The notes under the pieces: generated by a model
Seen by the model: the letters and a program-made list of their open reading frames with translations, nothing else
Database searches by the model: none
Told to the model about the DNA's origin: nothing
Source: Octopus vulgaris
Taxonomy: Eukaryota
DNA length: 64,000 bases
Reading direction: 5' to 3'
NCBI GenBank assembly: GCA_951406725.2
Contig: OX597822.1
Coordinates: 80,290,001 to 80,354,000 of the forward strand
Shown: in pieces, positions 52,483-64,000 of the stretch
How the letters are laid out: each line of letters begins with the position of its first letter
Numbering within the stretch: the stretch's first letter is position 1
Program-made: the position numbers and the translations under genes

Positions 52483-54781
52483 TCTTCCGAAATCCCTTAT
52501 GTTTCTCTGCCTCCGATTTTTTCTAATTCACGTGGAAACTCATGTTTTTTCGAAATATATTTAAAACATGACTTTGCATTATTTCTATGTACCGCCCTCC
52601 GCCCACCATCACCACTACCGATGAAACGTCTAAGCAGCAAATCGATATACCTGGCCCCTTCACAAAGTAGACACGTGACGTGATTCAATATTGATAATGA
52701 TGATGATCATCATCATGGGGATTACGACGGCGATGATGACGATAATGGTGGTGATGACGGCGACCGCGATGATGACGATGATGATGATGATGATGATGAT
52801 GATGGTGGTTGTGGTGATGACGATGATGACAATGATACTGAGAATGATGATGGTGCAGCAGCAGCTGATGCTGATGCTGCTGCTGCTGCTGCTGATGATG
52901 ATGATGATGAATTATGGAAGTAGGGGTGGTGTTTTTTTATTCTTAATAGTGAGGTGAGTGCATCGATAAAATCGCTTTTGCTGATAGTGAACACAATGAT
53001 GAAAATGAAAACGACGACAACGATGACGACGACGACGATAGGACGACGAGGAAGGCGATGACAGCGGTGATGACGACGGCGATGATGATGATGATGATGA
53101 TGGAGATGATGATGATGGTAATGATGGTGATGATGGTAATGATGAAGGTTATGATAAAGTTGCTGATGATTATGAACAGGATGGTGATGATTGACGAAGA
53201 GAAAAACGTAAGGAAAACAAACAAAAAAGAAATCCAACTGAAAATGACGATGAAGAATTATGTGAAGGAAGACAGCCATATTTGAAGATATTAAATTGGT
53301 CACATGATAAGATAATAAAACGAAGATAGTAAAATAAAAGTCACTGCATTGCCCGCTGTTAATAATGTGTCCCAGTGGGTATGGAGAGAAATGAATTTAA
53401 ATATATAACAGTAGGAAGACTGCCGATAGCAACATTGTCAAAAACAGCATCATCAACAAAGAAGAAGAACAGAGGTAAAGACATTTGTTAAAAGGAATTA
53501 AAATTGGATGGCAACTGAATAATATATTAAGAGTTTGAATAATCAGAATGGAGGACTGAATTAAATCGGAGAATTTTCAGTGATTATTTAATATGAACGC
53601 TCTCTGGCGCAAAAGAAAATTCTTGCTATCATAATCAATAGAGACATTTGAAATGAATCGATTTGATAAATCAATGGGAATGAAAAAATTTAGCAATCTT
53701 AATAGTTTGTCGGTGCTTTTATTAAATTCTCAAGAAAGGCTTACGATCTTCATTGCTTCCAGGAGAAAAATCCCACTCAAAATCTCCCATAATTTTATCT
53801 TAATTCGTGTATATCCTGTCCATATTGTTGTGAAGCCGATAAAACAAAACCCAACTTCTCTTTGTTTGTGTGTGTGTATGTGTGAGAGAAAGTGTGTGTA
53901 TGTGCGTGTGTGTATGTGAGCGTGCGCGTGTCTATGCTTTTAGCATCCTTCGTTAAACGTTTGGGAAGAATTTGATTTGAGGATATCAACAGAACGAGGG
54001 ATAATTAGTCTTGTACTCAACTAAATCGTTCGCAGCACAACCCAGATGAAGGGCAATATCTCTTCTATGTCATGAAATAGAACTGCCTACTGCAGATAAG
54101 CGTCCCTCGTGTTGTGCCTCATTTCTTCACAAGTGTTTGAACTAACATGAACGATCAGGTACCACGTTATTTTCCAGATACATGACGAAACCGCTGCAAT
54201 ATTGTTAAACATGCAGCCATGGGTTGAAAGTCGAAGGCCTCGTCAACATGGCCAAGACACCTCATTCTAATGACTGAAACACATAAAAGCTAAAAGCTAA
54301 AAGACAACCGAGTCACAATCAGTTGTACTCGGTTGTGTGAGGAAGGAACTCAACAAAACTAATGCAAAACAAAAAGAACAACAACGTTACCTAACTTAGG
54401 CCCAGGGCGGGAGGTTTTGAAGGGAAGTTGTAAGTACGCAGGTGGTAATTGATTTGTCAGTGACCCTGATAGGACTGGAGGCAACTATGACCTCGTTGGC
54501 ATTTGAACTCATTAACAGCAACAACGATATCAACTAGAACAACAACAACAATATTAAAAATCGAATCCTTAAATTGGATTGAGGCAACAAAAGAAATTGG
54601 TTATATGATGCTTGGAGTCGTGTTACATTAAGGTTCGTTGAGAGTCATCTAAGAGAATAGAATGATTGCATCGTATTCCAAGAACATTGAAAATCATTCC
54701 TAAAAACAATTTCTAAATCATTATAAATACTACTACTCCTGCTGTTGCTGTTACTGCTGCTATTGCTGGTGGTGGTGGTGG

Positions 54782-54832
<51 letters not shown>

Positions 54833-54932
54833 CACCACCACCACCAGTACTGAGCAGTAGAAAATTGGCATATATATATCATGTTTGTATGTGTGTGTGT
54901 GTATATATATACATATATATTTATATATATAT

Positions 54933-55032
<100 letters not shown>

Positions 55033-55081
55033 GTTATATATTTATGTATATGTATACATATATATAAATATTATATTATAT

Positions 55082-55112
<31 letters not shown>

Positions 55113-55214
55113 AGATATAGATATATACATATCCAACATGGCCGCAGTCAATTGATTAAAACAAATAAAACAATAAAAGAACGAAAGAATACACGCACAC
55201 ATACACACACACAC

Positions 55215-55273
<59 letters not shown>

Positions 55274-55999
55274 AATACATGTATGTGTGTACGACGTTTA
55301 TGCATTTACGTGTATATCTCTGTATTTTATGCCATCAGATGTGTTTGTAGGTAGAGTGCGCTGGTGCGTTTGTTTGTGTGGTGGTGTCTCATGTCGAGGA
55401 GTGTGACTGTAAAACGACTCCCTACATCTTAATCACACTCTTTAACTGATTACTCTAAATTCGATGCACTTATATGATATGAACGCTCGCACACGCATGC
55501 ATACACACGCACAAACCTTTCTACTGGTATGCCTAAATATTCATATATGCGTGTATGTGTATGTGTGTGTGTGTATGTACGTGTGAGTGAGAGAGGGGGA
55601 GAGGGAGGTGGAGAGTGTATGTGTGTGTTTGTGTCACAAGCAACCCACAACTTATTGACAAGCAATACAGTAATCTCTCGCCATATCGCGGTTCACCTAT
55701 TGCGGTTTATTATGTAAGCTTACGTCGATTCCTCCGTGGTTTTGTTTTGCATTTATGATAAAATAAATATATACAAACTATAAGAATAATATAGAAAAAT
55801 ATACAGCAAATACTCTTTTGGAACGTAACACGCACGATAGTCGAAGGATTGCTGTAATTGTAAAAACCGCTAAAATTCTTATGTACTGTACCTAATAAAC
55901 AAATTAGTAGTAAAAAGTACCACCTCTGGCCAACGAAATATAAGAACCTAAAAATAGTAGACATACAATGAATAACCAAAGGAAGCTGCAAACGCGGAT

Positions 56000-56700
56000 C
56001 CTACTCAATTTCTGAGAATAAGAGAAGTCTAAAAACAATAGGACATGATGAAATAATCAGATATGATGAAAACACTCAAGAACGAACCAAGAAGGGAGTA
56101 AGTACATAAGTATCACAATAACAATTTATATCGAAACGGACAAAGGCAATCCCATCATCTGCTGTACTATTGGAGATCATTGTAGTTTCATTACCTGGAA
56201 GTACCTCTCAACGCAACAGCGTCGGCAGCACCAAAAAGTATTTAAACATTCCCCGAATTATAAGAATTATAAGATATAAAGAAAAACATCACATGAACAT
56301 CCTTACTATGAAACAGAGTGAAGAATACATCCTTCCATACAAACAATGAAATGAAAACTTAGACATATACATTCTGATATAACGCACAAAAATCATTACG
56401 ATAATTGAAATTAAAAGAACAAACTTACATTAAGACACGCGTGATTACTAAACACCGTTTAAATAAAAGGAATAAATACACTTTTGCTACATAAACTCAT
56501 GCAGTAATCACTACAAAGACGGAATCAAGTACAATGAAAAAGACATCGTACAAATGGTAATTTAGTGATAACCCAATTCAATTACTATGAGCATAAAGAA
56601 AAATCACACCAACTTGCTAAAACACGTGTGGCATGTAACAGCGAGACTAAAGTAATAAACCTATATAATACAATCAATCTGAAAAAAAATCAAAGGCAAT
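56000..56700 (+). mobile_element. Possible highly decayed RLE-type LINE fragment
   Basis: A-rich strand with broken motifs resembling the restriction-like endonuclease region (..IIEI....KxNKY). Weak. Confidence 0.25.
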
Positions 56701-57400
56701 GCTCATTTCGATGAAAGAAATTTAATGGTGCAACACATTTTCAGCTGGTGCTCCATAAACGAAATTAAATAACGAAAACAGTCAGATGTAAATCATTATA
56801 TATTAAAATTTTGTTTTTAACGTCTACAAACACGGAGTGAAATAAAAGGATAAAGATATAATAGGAATGCGTATTAAACAGTAAACCTAAGTATAAATGC
56901 AAACAAAGACGATTTCTAAAAGGAATGGAATCGTTCTCTGTAGGATTATCAGAAAACTAAAATTTGAAGATCTTTTTCATAAGTAAACGAAATACACGTA
57001 TATCGTTTCTGTACTTTTCCCTTATAATTCATTAATTTTCATATTTCTAATTCCACTAAATATTGTGTAGAAAGGATGATGTCCTTTGTGATAACTGCAA
57101 ACACAATGGCAAAACATGAAGCTTAGCTAAGCACTATTCCAAGCAAGTGTCCTACCATCTCAATTATGGAACCTTGATCCTAGCAACATCGAACGAAAAA
57201 GCTAAAGCTACATACACCCCGAATTAAACGTAGCGACAATCAGAAAGGAAACGAAATATCCTCATGTTCCCTGATGGGCCTCTGTTATTCCACTCCATTG
57301 GAATTTACCTGTTTCTTAACAACACTAAACTACTTTGTCTAGATTTTAGCCATTGCTTCTTTCTCTCCTACATGTATACATACAACATACATACATACAT

Positions 57401-57530
<130 letters not shown>

Positions 57531-57959
57531 CTTCGGAACAGCTACAGGCTTCTGAATTCCTCGGCTTGTTTGAGATATTATTCCTTACAAATATTTTATT
57601 TCTTAGAAAAAAGAATATTCTAATGACGTGCTTAAAATTTGTTTTTACGTATAAAATACTTTGAAGACAAATTAGATATAGGGGAACAGAGGTGCAAGTC
57701 TTTCCTGTGAATGACTTACATTAAGGATGGCAATGAATAGAATGTTTACGATTTAATATGGTTGTTGAGAAGAATTGAAAGACGAATATTAAAAAATATT
57801 AGAGAAAACGTTGGTAAGATAGCGATATTTATCTGTAAAACTATTACGCAGAAACCTTTAATTTTTGTCTATTCACCTTTCTTTCTCTTAAACTTTTTAA
57901 TTCTTTTAACAGACAACACTACACAGTTAAAATATATTTCAAATAATTGAAAGAAGGAG

Positions 57960-58020
<61 letters not shown>

Positions 58021-58326
58021 TTGCCTTCATATCTATATGTCTTTGTCTATATAAGTAAAAAAGCAGCGTATAAGTAGCAATATGTTTAATGAATATATTT
58101 ATAGGGAGTGCAGATAAACAAGAGGAATGATGCAATTAATAATCTCTTATCCCGACAGCTGTTTCGGGTAAACCATGACTTATCCCATTACCATATCTAA
58201 TATAGAATAAAGGCGCAAAATATTGTAAATATATGGAATAACAGGAAATCTAATAGATCCGTGTGGCAAAAATCATGCTAACCTTATCCGAAGAAATATA
58301 TGCATGTATGTGTTTGTGTTTGTGTA

Positions 58327-58362
<36 letters not shown>

Positions 58363-60074
58363 TGTGTGTGCGCGCGTGTGTGCGTGTGAGTGGAGGCAAA
58401 GATAACAACCAGCTGCTTCTACATATGTCCTATTACATTAGAGTGTAACCACTGAAATTGTAAAGAATGTTTCAATATCTGGGAAGTGGAATAAAGTGAA
58501 AGAGCTGTGAATACAAGGAAAATCAGAAAATATATGATTCCGAACAAGTGAATAAACCAATGTAAAATACTGCTTTACAAATAGAACGGATATGTAAAAG
58601 ATACAGGAATTAGAAACAAACTTTCTTTCCATAAAATACATTCCGAAGTCGGTTGCAATAAAACAGGTTTATGTATAAACAATAAAATAAAAGCATAAGA
58701 AAAGAAATAAACTTTGCTTTTTATCGTCTGCTTTTCAAAGAATCTTAGGGTAATTGGTTTCTACAATTGTACAAATTCCATTACAACCTCTAGAAATATA
58801 TGAAGCGGTTTTCATGGAAAGCAATGGCGTATTACTTTCTTTGTACATTGCAAGAAGAAATCATAAAAGCAAACAATTACAAACTAGAATTTAGTACCAC
58901 TTGTTCAGGAACGGTGAAGAATTTTCTAGTTTGAAGAACTTTGGACCTTACTAAGTTTTATTAGGTTTCATAAATTAAATACACCGCAACTAAGATATAC
59001 TGGGCGTTCCAAGAAGTGAAACGAAAAGGATATAACTTAATATCAGTTGTCCCGAGGGTCAACTTTGTCTTTCATTTGTCTAAGATGGGTAAATTTCGCT
59101 TAGTCAGACCTCACTTGGCAGTATTTCTTTAATGCTTGTGTTGTTTTTGAGGATCTGCCTTTATTGGCGCGTGGTATGTTTAGTGATCAAGGCAGAAGTA
59201 GAAGTAACAACACAAAGATTCGTATCAGATACTCTAAAGCATATCGTTCGGTGCTGTAAGAGCTTCACCGATTCACCGCCGGAGACCGTTGCCCTATATT
59301 TCGACTATACAAGAATGAAAGGCAAAGTTGACCTCGGTGAAGTTTGGATATAGAGCGCAGAGGGCATGATCACCAATACGACCACTACCACCACAACAAG
59401 CGCCAACACAGTTACCATCAACTCTGCCACTACCACAGGAACTACCACCAGTACTTTTAGAAATACCGTTATCATCATCACAGCCATCGCCGTTACCGGC
59501 AGAAGATCTCACCCATCCATTTTGCTACCATCATTATCATAATCACCAATATCCCGACTTCACAGCCACCACCATCATCACCACCACCACTACACCGCCA
59601 TCATCATCGCCATCACCACGGCTACCACCAGGAACACCTTCATCATCATCATGTTGACCACTTCTATAACTCCACCAGCGCCCTTCACAAAAATATCTCC
59701 ATACTTTCACTACAAACGTAAATAAAATGCACAACGTCAGACCGGTTATTTTCAGACATGACCAAATATTCTGTTGTCATTTGCATTAGGTTGTCATTGT
59801 TAGCGTTACTATTTTTAATATTATCATTATAGTAATTGTTATTTTTTTCCTGTGATGTTGTTCATATTGTTCCGATTCTTCTCAACATAATGTTTTTAAA
59901 TAAGGTTTATATATAATCTGGACCAAATATTTTTGCCATTTCATTGTTATTTTGTGGTTTGTTAGTTTTTCCTGCCACAAACACTAATCTCTTAAGTGGA
60001 TTATATATATAGCGCTTATGAGTCACGTTTTTTTTTCTTTTTTCTAATAATAGGATCACGACTTATTGCTTAGT

Positions 60075-60113
60075 GAGATAAACAGATAGAGAGATGGATA
60101 GACAGATATATGA

Positions 60114-60177
<64 letters not shown>

Positions 60178-60312
60178 ATAGACAGATGGATAGATAGGCC
60201 GATGGATCGATCGATAGCTAGATAAACAGATAGATAGATAGATAAATAAACAGATGGATAGATAGATGGATAGCTAGATACATAGATAGATAGATAGGTA
60301 GGTAGGCAGATG

Positions 60313-60360
<48 letters not shown>

Positions 60361-60945
60361 TGTTTCTTTATTAGCCACACAGGGCTGCACACAGATAGAT
60401 AGATAGATAGATAGATGTATAAATAGTCAGATGGATAGAAAGATAGATAGATAGAGAGATAGATAGAAAGATAGATAGATCAAAAGATGGATGGATGGAT
60501 TTATGGATAGATAGATGGAGAGATAGATAGATAGATCGATAGATGGAGAGGTAGGTATATAGATAGATGGTTAGATAGATAGATAAATAGATGGATAGAT
60601 AGATAGTTGGATAGATAAATAGATTGAGAGATAGATAGATAGATGGATTCCTGGATAGACAAAAAGATAGATAGATAGAAGATAGATAGATAGATGAATA
60701 GTTGGATAGATAAATAGATCGTGAGATAGATGGTTTATCGATAGACAAATAGATAGATAGATGACAAGATATATAAATAGATGTATAGATAAATAAATAG
60801 TTAGATAGATAGATAGATATATATATATAGATATATATATATATATATAGATAGATAGATAGAGAGATAGATGGATAGAAATATAATTAGATAGATGAGC
60901 AAACAGATGGTTAATAGATAGGCAGATTGATAAATAGATAGATAT
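60075..60945. repeat. Long degenerate (GATA)n array
   Basis: Directly visible. Confidence 0.95.
60361..60396 (-). mobile_element. Extremely 5'-truncated Tx1-like 3' end inserted in (GATA)n
   Basis: Minus strand TCTGTGTGCAGCCCTGTGTGGCTAATAAAGAAACA matches the end of the Tx1 relic at about 52450-52480 (TCTGTGTTCCGCCATGTGTGGTTAATAAAG). Confidence 0.65.
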
Positions 60946-61226
60946 GCGCGCACAAGCATACATACATATATACATACATGAAGCATACAAGCACACATTT
61001 TTGCTAATATCCATTCATACATACGTACAGAAACACTTGCATATATCGTAGAATATGTGCACACACTTGCCTCTGTGCAAGTGTGTGCACATATTCTACG
61101 ATATGCAAAAGAAGATGACGCACTCATACAAACGCTGCCTAAGCACTAAAGTGACATGGTCGCTCTGTACATAAATGCAAACACATCTACATATATGTAT
61201 CTACTTATACAACCACTTGTATACAA

Positions 61227-61638
61227 AGCGTGACTAAGTAGCTTGCTTACCAGCCATATGGTTCCGGGTTCAATCCCACTTCGTGGCACCTTGCGTAAGT
61301 GTCTTCTACTATAGCCTCGACCGACCAAACCCTTGTGAATGGATTTGTTAGACGGAAACTGAAAGAAGCCCGTAGTATATATATATATGTGTGTGTAGGG
61401 GGTGCATGTCTCTGTGTAGGTATGTGTTTGTGTGTCTGTGTTTGTGCTCCCAACATCGCTTGACAACGGATGCTGGTGGGTTTACGTCCCCGTAACTTAA
61501 CGAATCGACAAAAGAGACCGATAGATTAAGTACTAGACTTACAGAGAATAAGTCCTGGGGTCGATTTGCTCGACTAAAGACGGTGCTCTAGCATGGCTGT
61601 TGTCAAATAACTGAAACAAGTAAAATAGTAAATGAGTA
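61227..61638 (+). mobile_element. SINE family B copy (near full length)
   Basis: AAGTAGCTTGCTTACC..GGGTTCAATCCCACTTCGTGGCACCTTG..CTGAAACAAGTAAAATAGTA. Confidence 0.9.
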
Positions 61639-61689
61639 TCGTTTGAACTCCGTTAAGAAAAACTCAAAGGATTCATACCTTAATGTGAA

Positions 61690-62035
61690 ATTCAGCATTC
61701 CCACAGTTCAGGTTCAGAAAACATAAAGCTACTGCAGCACGGTTTCTTATCCACAACAATCTGCGCTCTCTTTAACATTACTCCAAAACAAATCAAAGAA
61801 GAAAAAGATCCTATCACCTTCAAACGAAATGTGGACAAATTACTTCAAGGGACACCAGATAAGCCACCCCTCCATGGGTACAGCTCAGTCACCAACAGCA
61901 CTCAACTTGAATTGGGCACGGTACCACAAAATCTGACTTTAAAAAGACTTGACAGAACCTATCAAGTGGCGTTATTAAGTACGACACAGCTTGGGTCAAT
62001 TTTTGGCCAAACATATTTAAATTATCTAAGTTTTA
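61690..62035 (+). mobile_element. Old 5'-truncated copy of the same CR1 lineage as 28712-33353
   Basis: ALFNITPKQIKEEKDPITFKRNVDKLLQGTPDKPPLHGY aligns with ALFNITPKHIKTESDPIGFKKSLDRFLQEIPDKPPTPGY; the 3' UTR is also homologous. Confidence 0.85.
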
Positions 62036-62799
62036 TAAGTTACAAGTTTTTGCATACCTGATGAATGATCATCCACCACTTTCGACGGCGAGTAATTAGT
62101 TGATCAATCAGCTGTGCAACCAGGTTTGGTAAAAAATATGGCGCATAAATGTCTGAGTGTACTTCGCTGACATATGAGTCCTTAATGTCATAATTAGAAT
62201 GAGAAAGCAGGACGGGTTTTGCGATAAAGCTGAAGTTTTCTACTAATATTAGAATTCATCTAACAGACTTCAGAGCAGTTTCTGTCAACCTAATTTCACA
62301 CAAAAACTTTGCATCTATCTGACCCTATGGTCAAAGATAATTACCAAACGTGACTCAAAAGGAGACCGAAACCTAGTTCTGCATCTCATATGAAATGAAC
62401 TGCTATGAATGTATGCATACATTCGTGATAGACAACTCCATCATAAAAAAAGTGACAAGGGTTCCGCAAAATCAGCACAGATTAATTGTTTACAGTGACT
62501 AAATAAGTCAACGCGCCGCGCTCCTCGGGAACCGAAACCATTATCTCGTGCTCATAAGTACAACACCCTAAACACGAGGCCACCCACTTTCGCGTACATA
62601 CATACATATATATGTATGTGAACAGATGTACGTTATGCGTAGGAGACGAATAAATTTACGATGATTGCCATTGCCATCATTAATGTCGCAATTATCAACT
62701 TTGTTAAATAATTGGCTTTCCTTTTGATCACATTAATTGAGTAAAATCAACAAAAAGACAAACAAAAACAGATGGTTTATCGTAACGATATTGTCTGAA

Positions 62800-63240
62800 A
62801 TCTGCAGGCAGCTTTCACCCGGGGTGGGATGACCGGGTTGCGATCAATGAGTTTACCACGTCCCCCAGGAATACTGAGGTCATCCGATGGTCAACTGCAG
62901 TCGAGGTTGTAATGGATATCTACTCTCGAATACCACAGACGCGGGGACCCGATCGTGCTTCCATGTAGGCTTTCACATTTGTCAGTTATATCTTCAATTG
63001 TCCTCTAGCTGGTTTGTGCCAGCTTGGGAGGGGGGGAACCGGGTCAGGTGACCACTTTGCGAATGAATTGCCCTGGGCGTCGACAGAGTGTAAGACGTCG
63101 AAGGTTGCTGTCGGATGTAAATGACCGGAATCCCAATTTTACCCCGCAACGGAACACCCGTCTGTTGCGGGGTTCAAGGTGGGTCAATTTTTGAATGCGG
63201 GGAACAAATTGCTTACGTCGATCACAGTAGTTGTGTGGTA
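62800..63240 (-). mobile_element. RTE-clade LINE 3' relic
   Basis: Minus strand WHKPARGQLKI*LTNVKAYMEARSGPRVCG, resembling the WRxxRGGQxKTW..GPRVYG C-terminus of RTE elements. Confidence 0.6.
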
Positions 63241-63429
63241 ATTTTTTTTAACTGACCTTGAGAGGATGAAGTAAAAAGTTGACCTCGAGCAGGATTGAAC
63301 TCATATTCTAAAGAATCGGAAGAGATCTCATTAAGCATTTTGCTCGACTTGCAAGCTGTTCTGCCTTCTCACTACGTTTACTTATTCCATGTAATTGCTC
63401 AAAAAATAATGAAGGAAATAAGTGAATGT

Positions 63430-63812
63430 ATACCGGACGTGTTTAAGTGGCTCCGCTTGGTATCAGTTGGTTTCGGGTTCAGTCCCGAACCATGCTACCT
63501 TAAGCGAGTGCCTTCTGCTATAGTACAGGGCCGACCAATGCCACGTGAAGGAAACTTTGTAAAAACCCGCCGTATATGTAAATATCTGCATCGATATATG
63601 TGTGTGTGTGTCACTTTCTGCTTGTTTCCGTGCCTTCCATCGCTTGACAAATGTTGTTGGTTTTTTTACACACTTCTAACGTAATAGATCGGCAAAAAAG
63701 ACCTCTGGAATAAGTACCAGATTTTAAAAACCACTGGGGTGGATTTTTTCGAACAAATCATTCAAGGTAGCGCTCCAGCAAGGTTGCATTCAATTATGGA
63801 GCGATTAAAAGG
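63430..63812 (+). mobile_element. Diverged SINE family B copy
   Basis: GGGTTCAGTCCC..TTCTGCTATAG..GGGCCGACCAATGCC..CATCGCTTGACAA..TCGGCAAAA..AATAAGTACCAG. Confidence 0.7.
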
Positions 63813-63831
63813 TTATCTATCTATTTGTCTG

Positions 63832-63921
<90 letters not shown>

Positions 63922-63922
63922 C

Positions 63923-63958
<36 letters not shown>

Positions 63959-64000
63959 CTTTACTCGTTTACTCATTTCAGTCATTTGACTACGGCCATG

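Noticed and set aside
58145-58190. Minus-strand GAAAC-AGCT-GTC palindromic stem III half-site
   Set aside because: The CUGANGA half of the core is absent.

Overview
AT-rich, microsatellite-saturated animal genomic DNA. The SINE/LINE repertoire and repeat style look like an octopus (coleoid cephalopod); this is an inference. Almost all ORFs in the supplied track are microsatellite translation artefacts. The only host coding sequence I can support is the terminal exon of a minus-strand C3HC4 RING-finger gene (4215-4529), so much of the rest may be its intron. The main accessory feature is a near-intact, full-length CR1-type LINE of about 4.6 kb (28712-33353) sitting in (TA)n. Its ORF1 combines a Myb/SANT-like (trihelix) domain with two CCCH zinc fingers. 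Its ORF1/ORF2 junction looks like a U-UUU-UUA-type -1 frameshift site followed by a hairpin. The window also holds several type I hammerhead-ribozyme motifs in Penelope/retrozyme-like context (best at 20561-20622 and 28459-28525, the latter inside an 83-bp near-perfect inverted repeat). Other content: mariner relics (one rearranged into a long-inverted-repeat form), three tRNA-derived SINE families, a SINE-derived 34-bp minisatellite, and decayed Tx1/L1, RTE, R4/Dong and CR1/L2 fragments.
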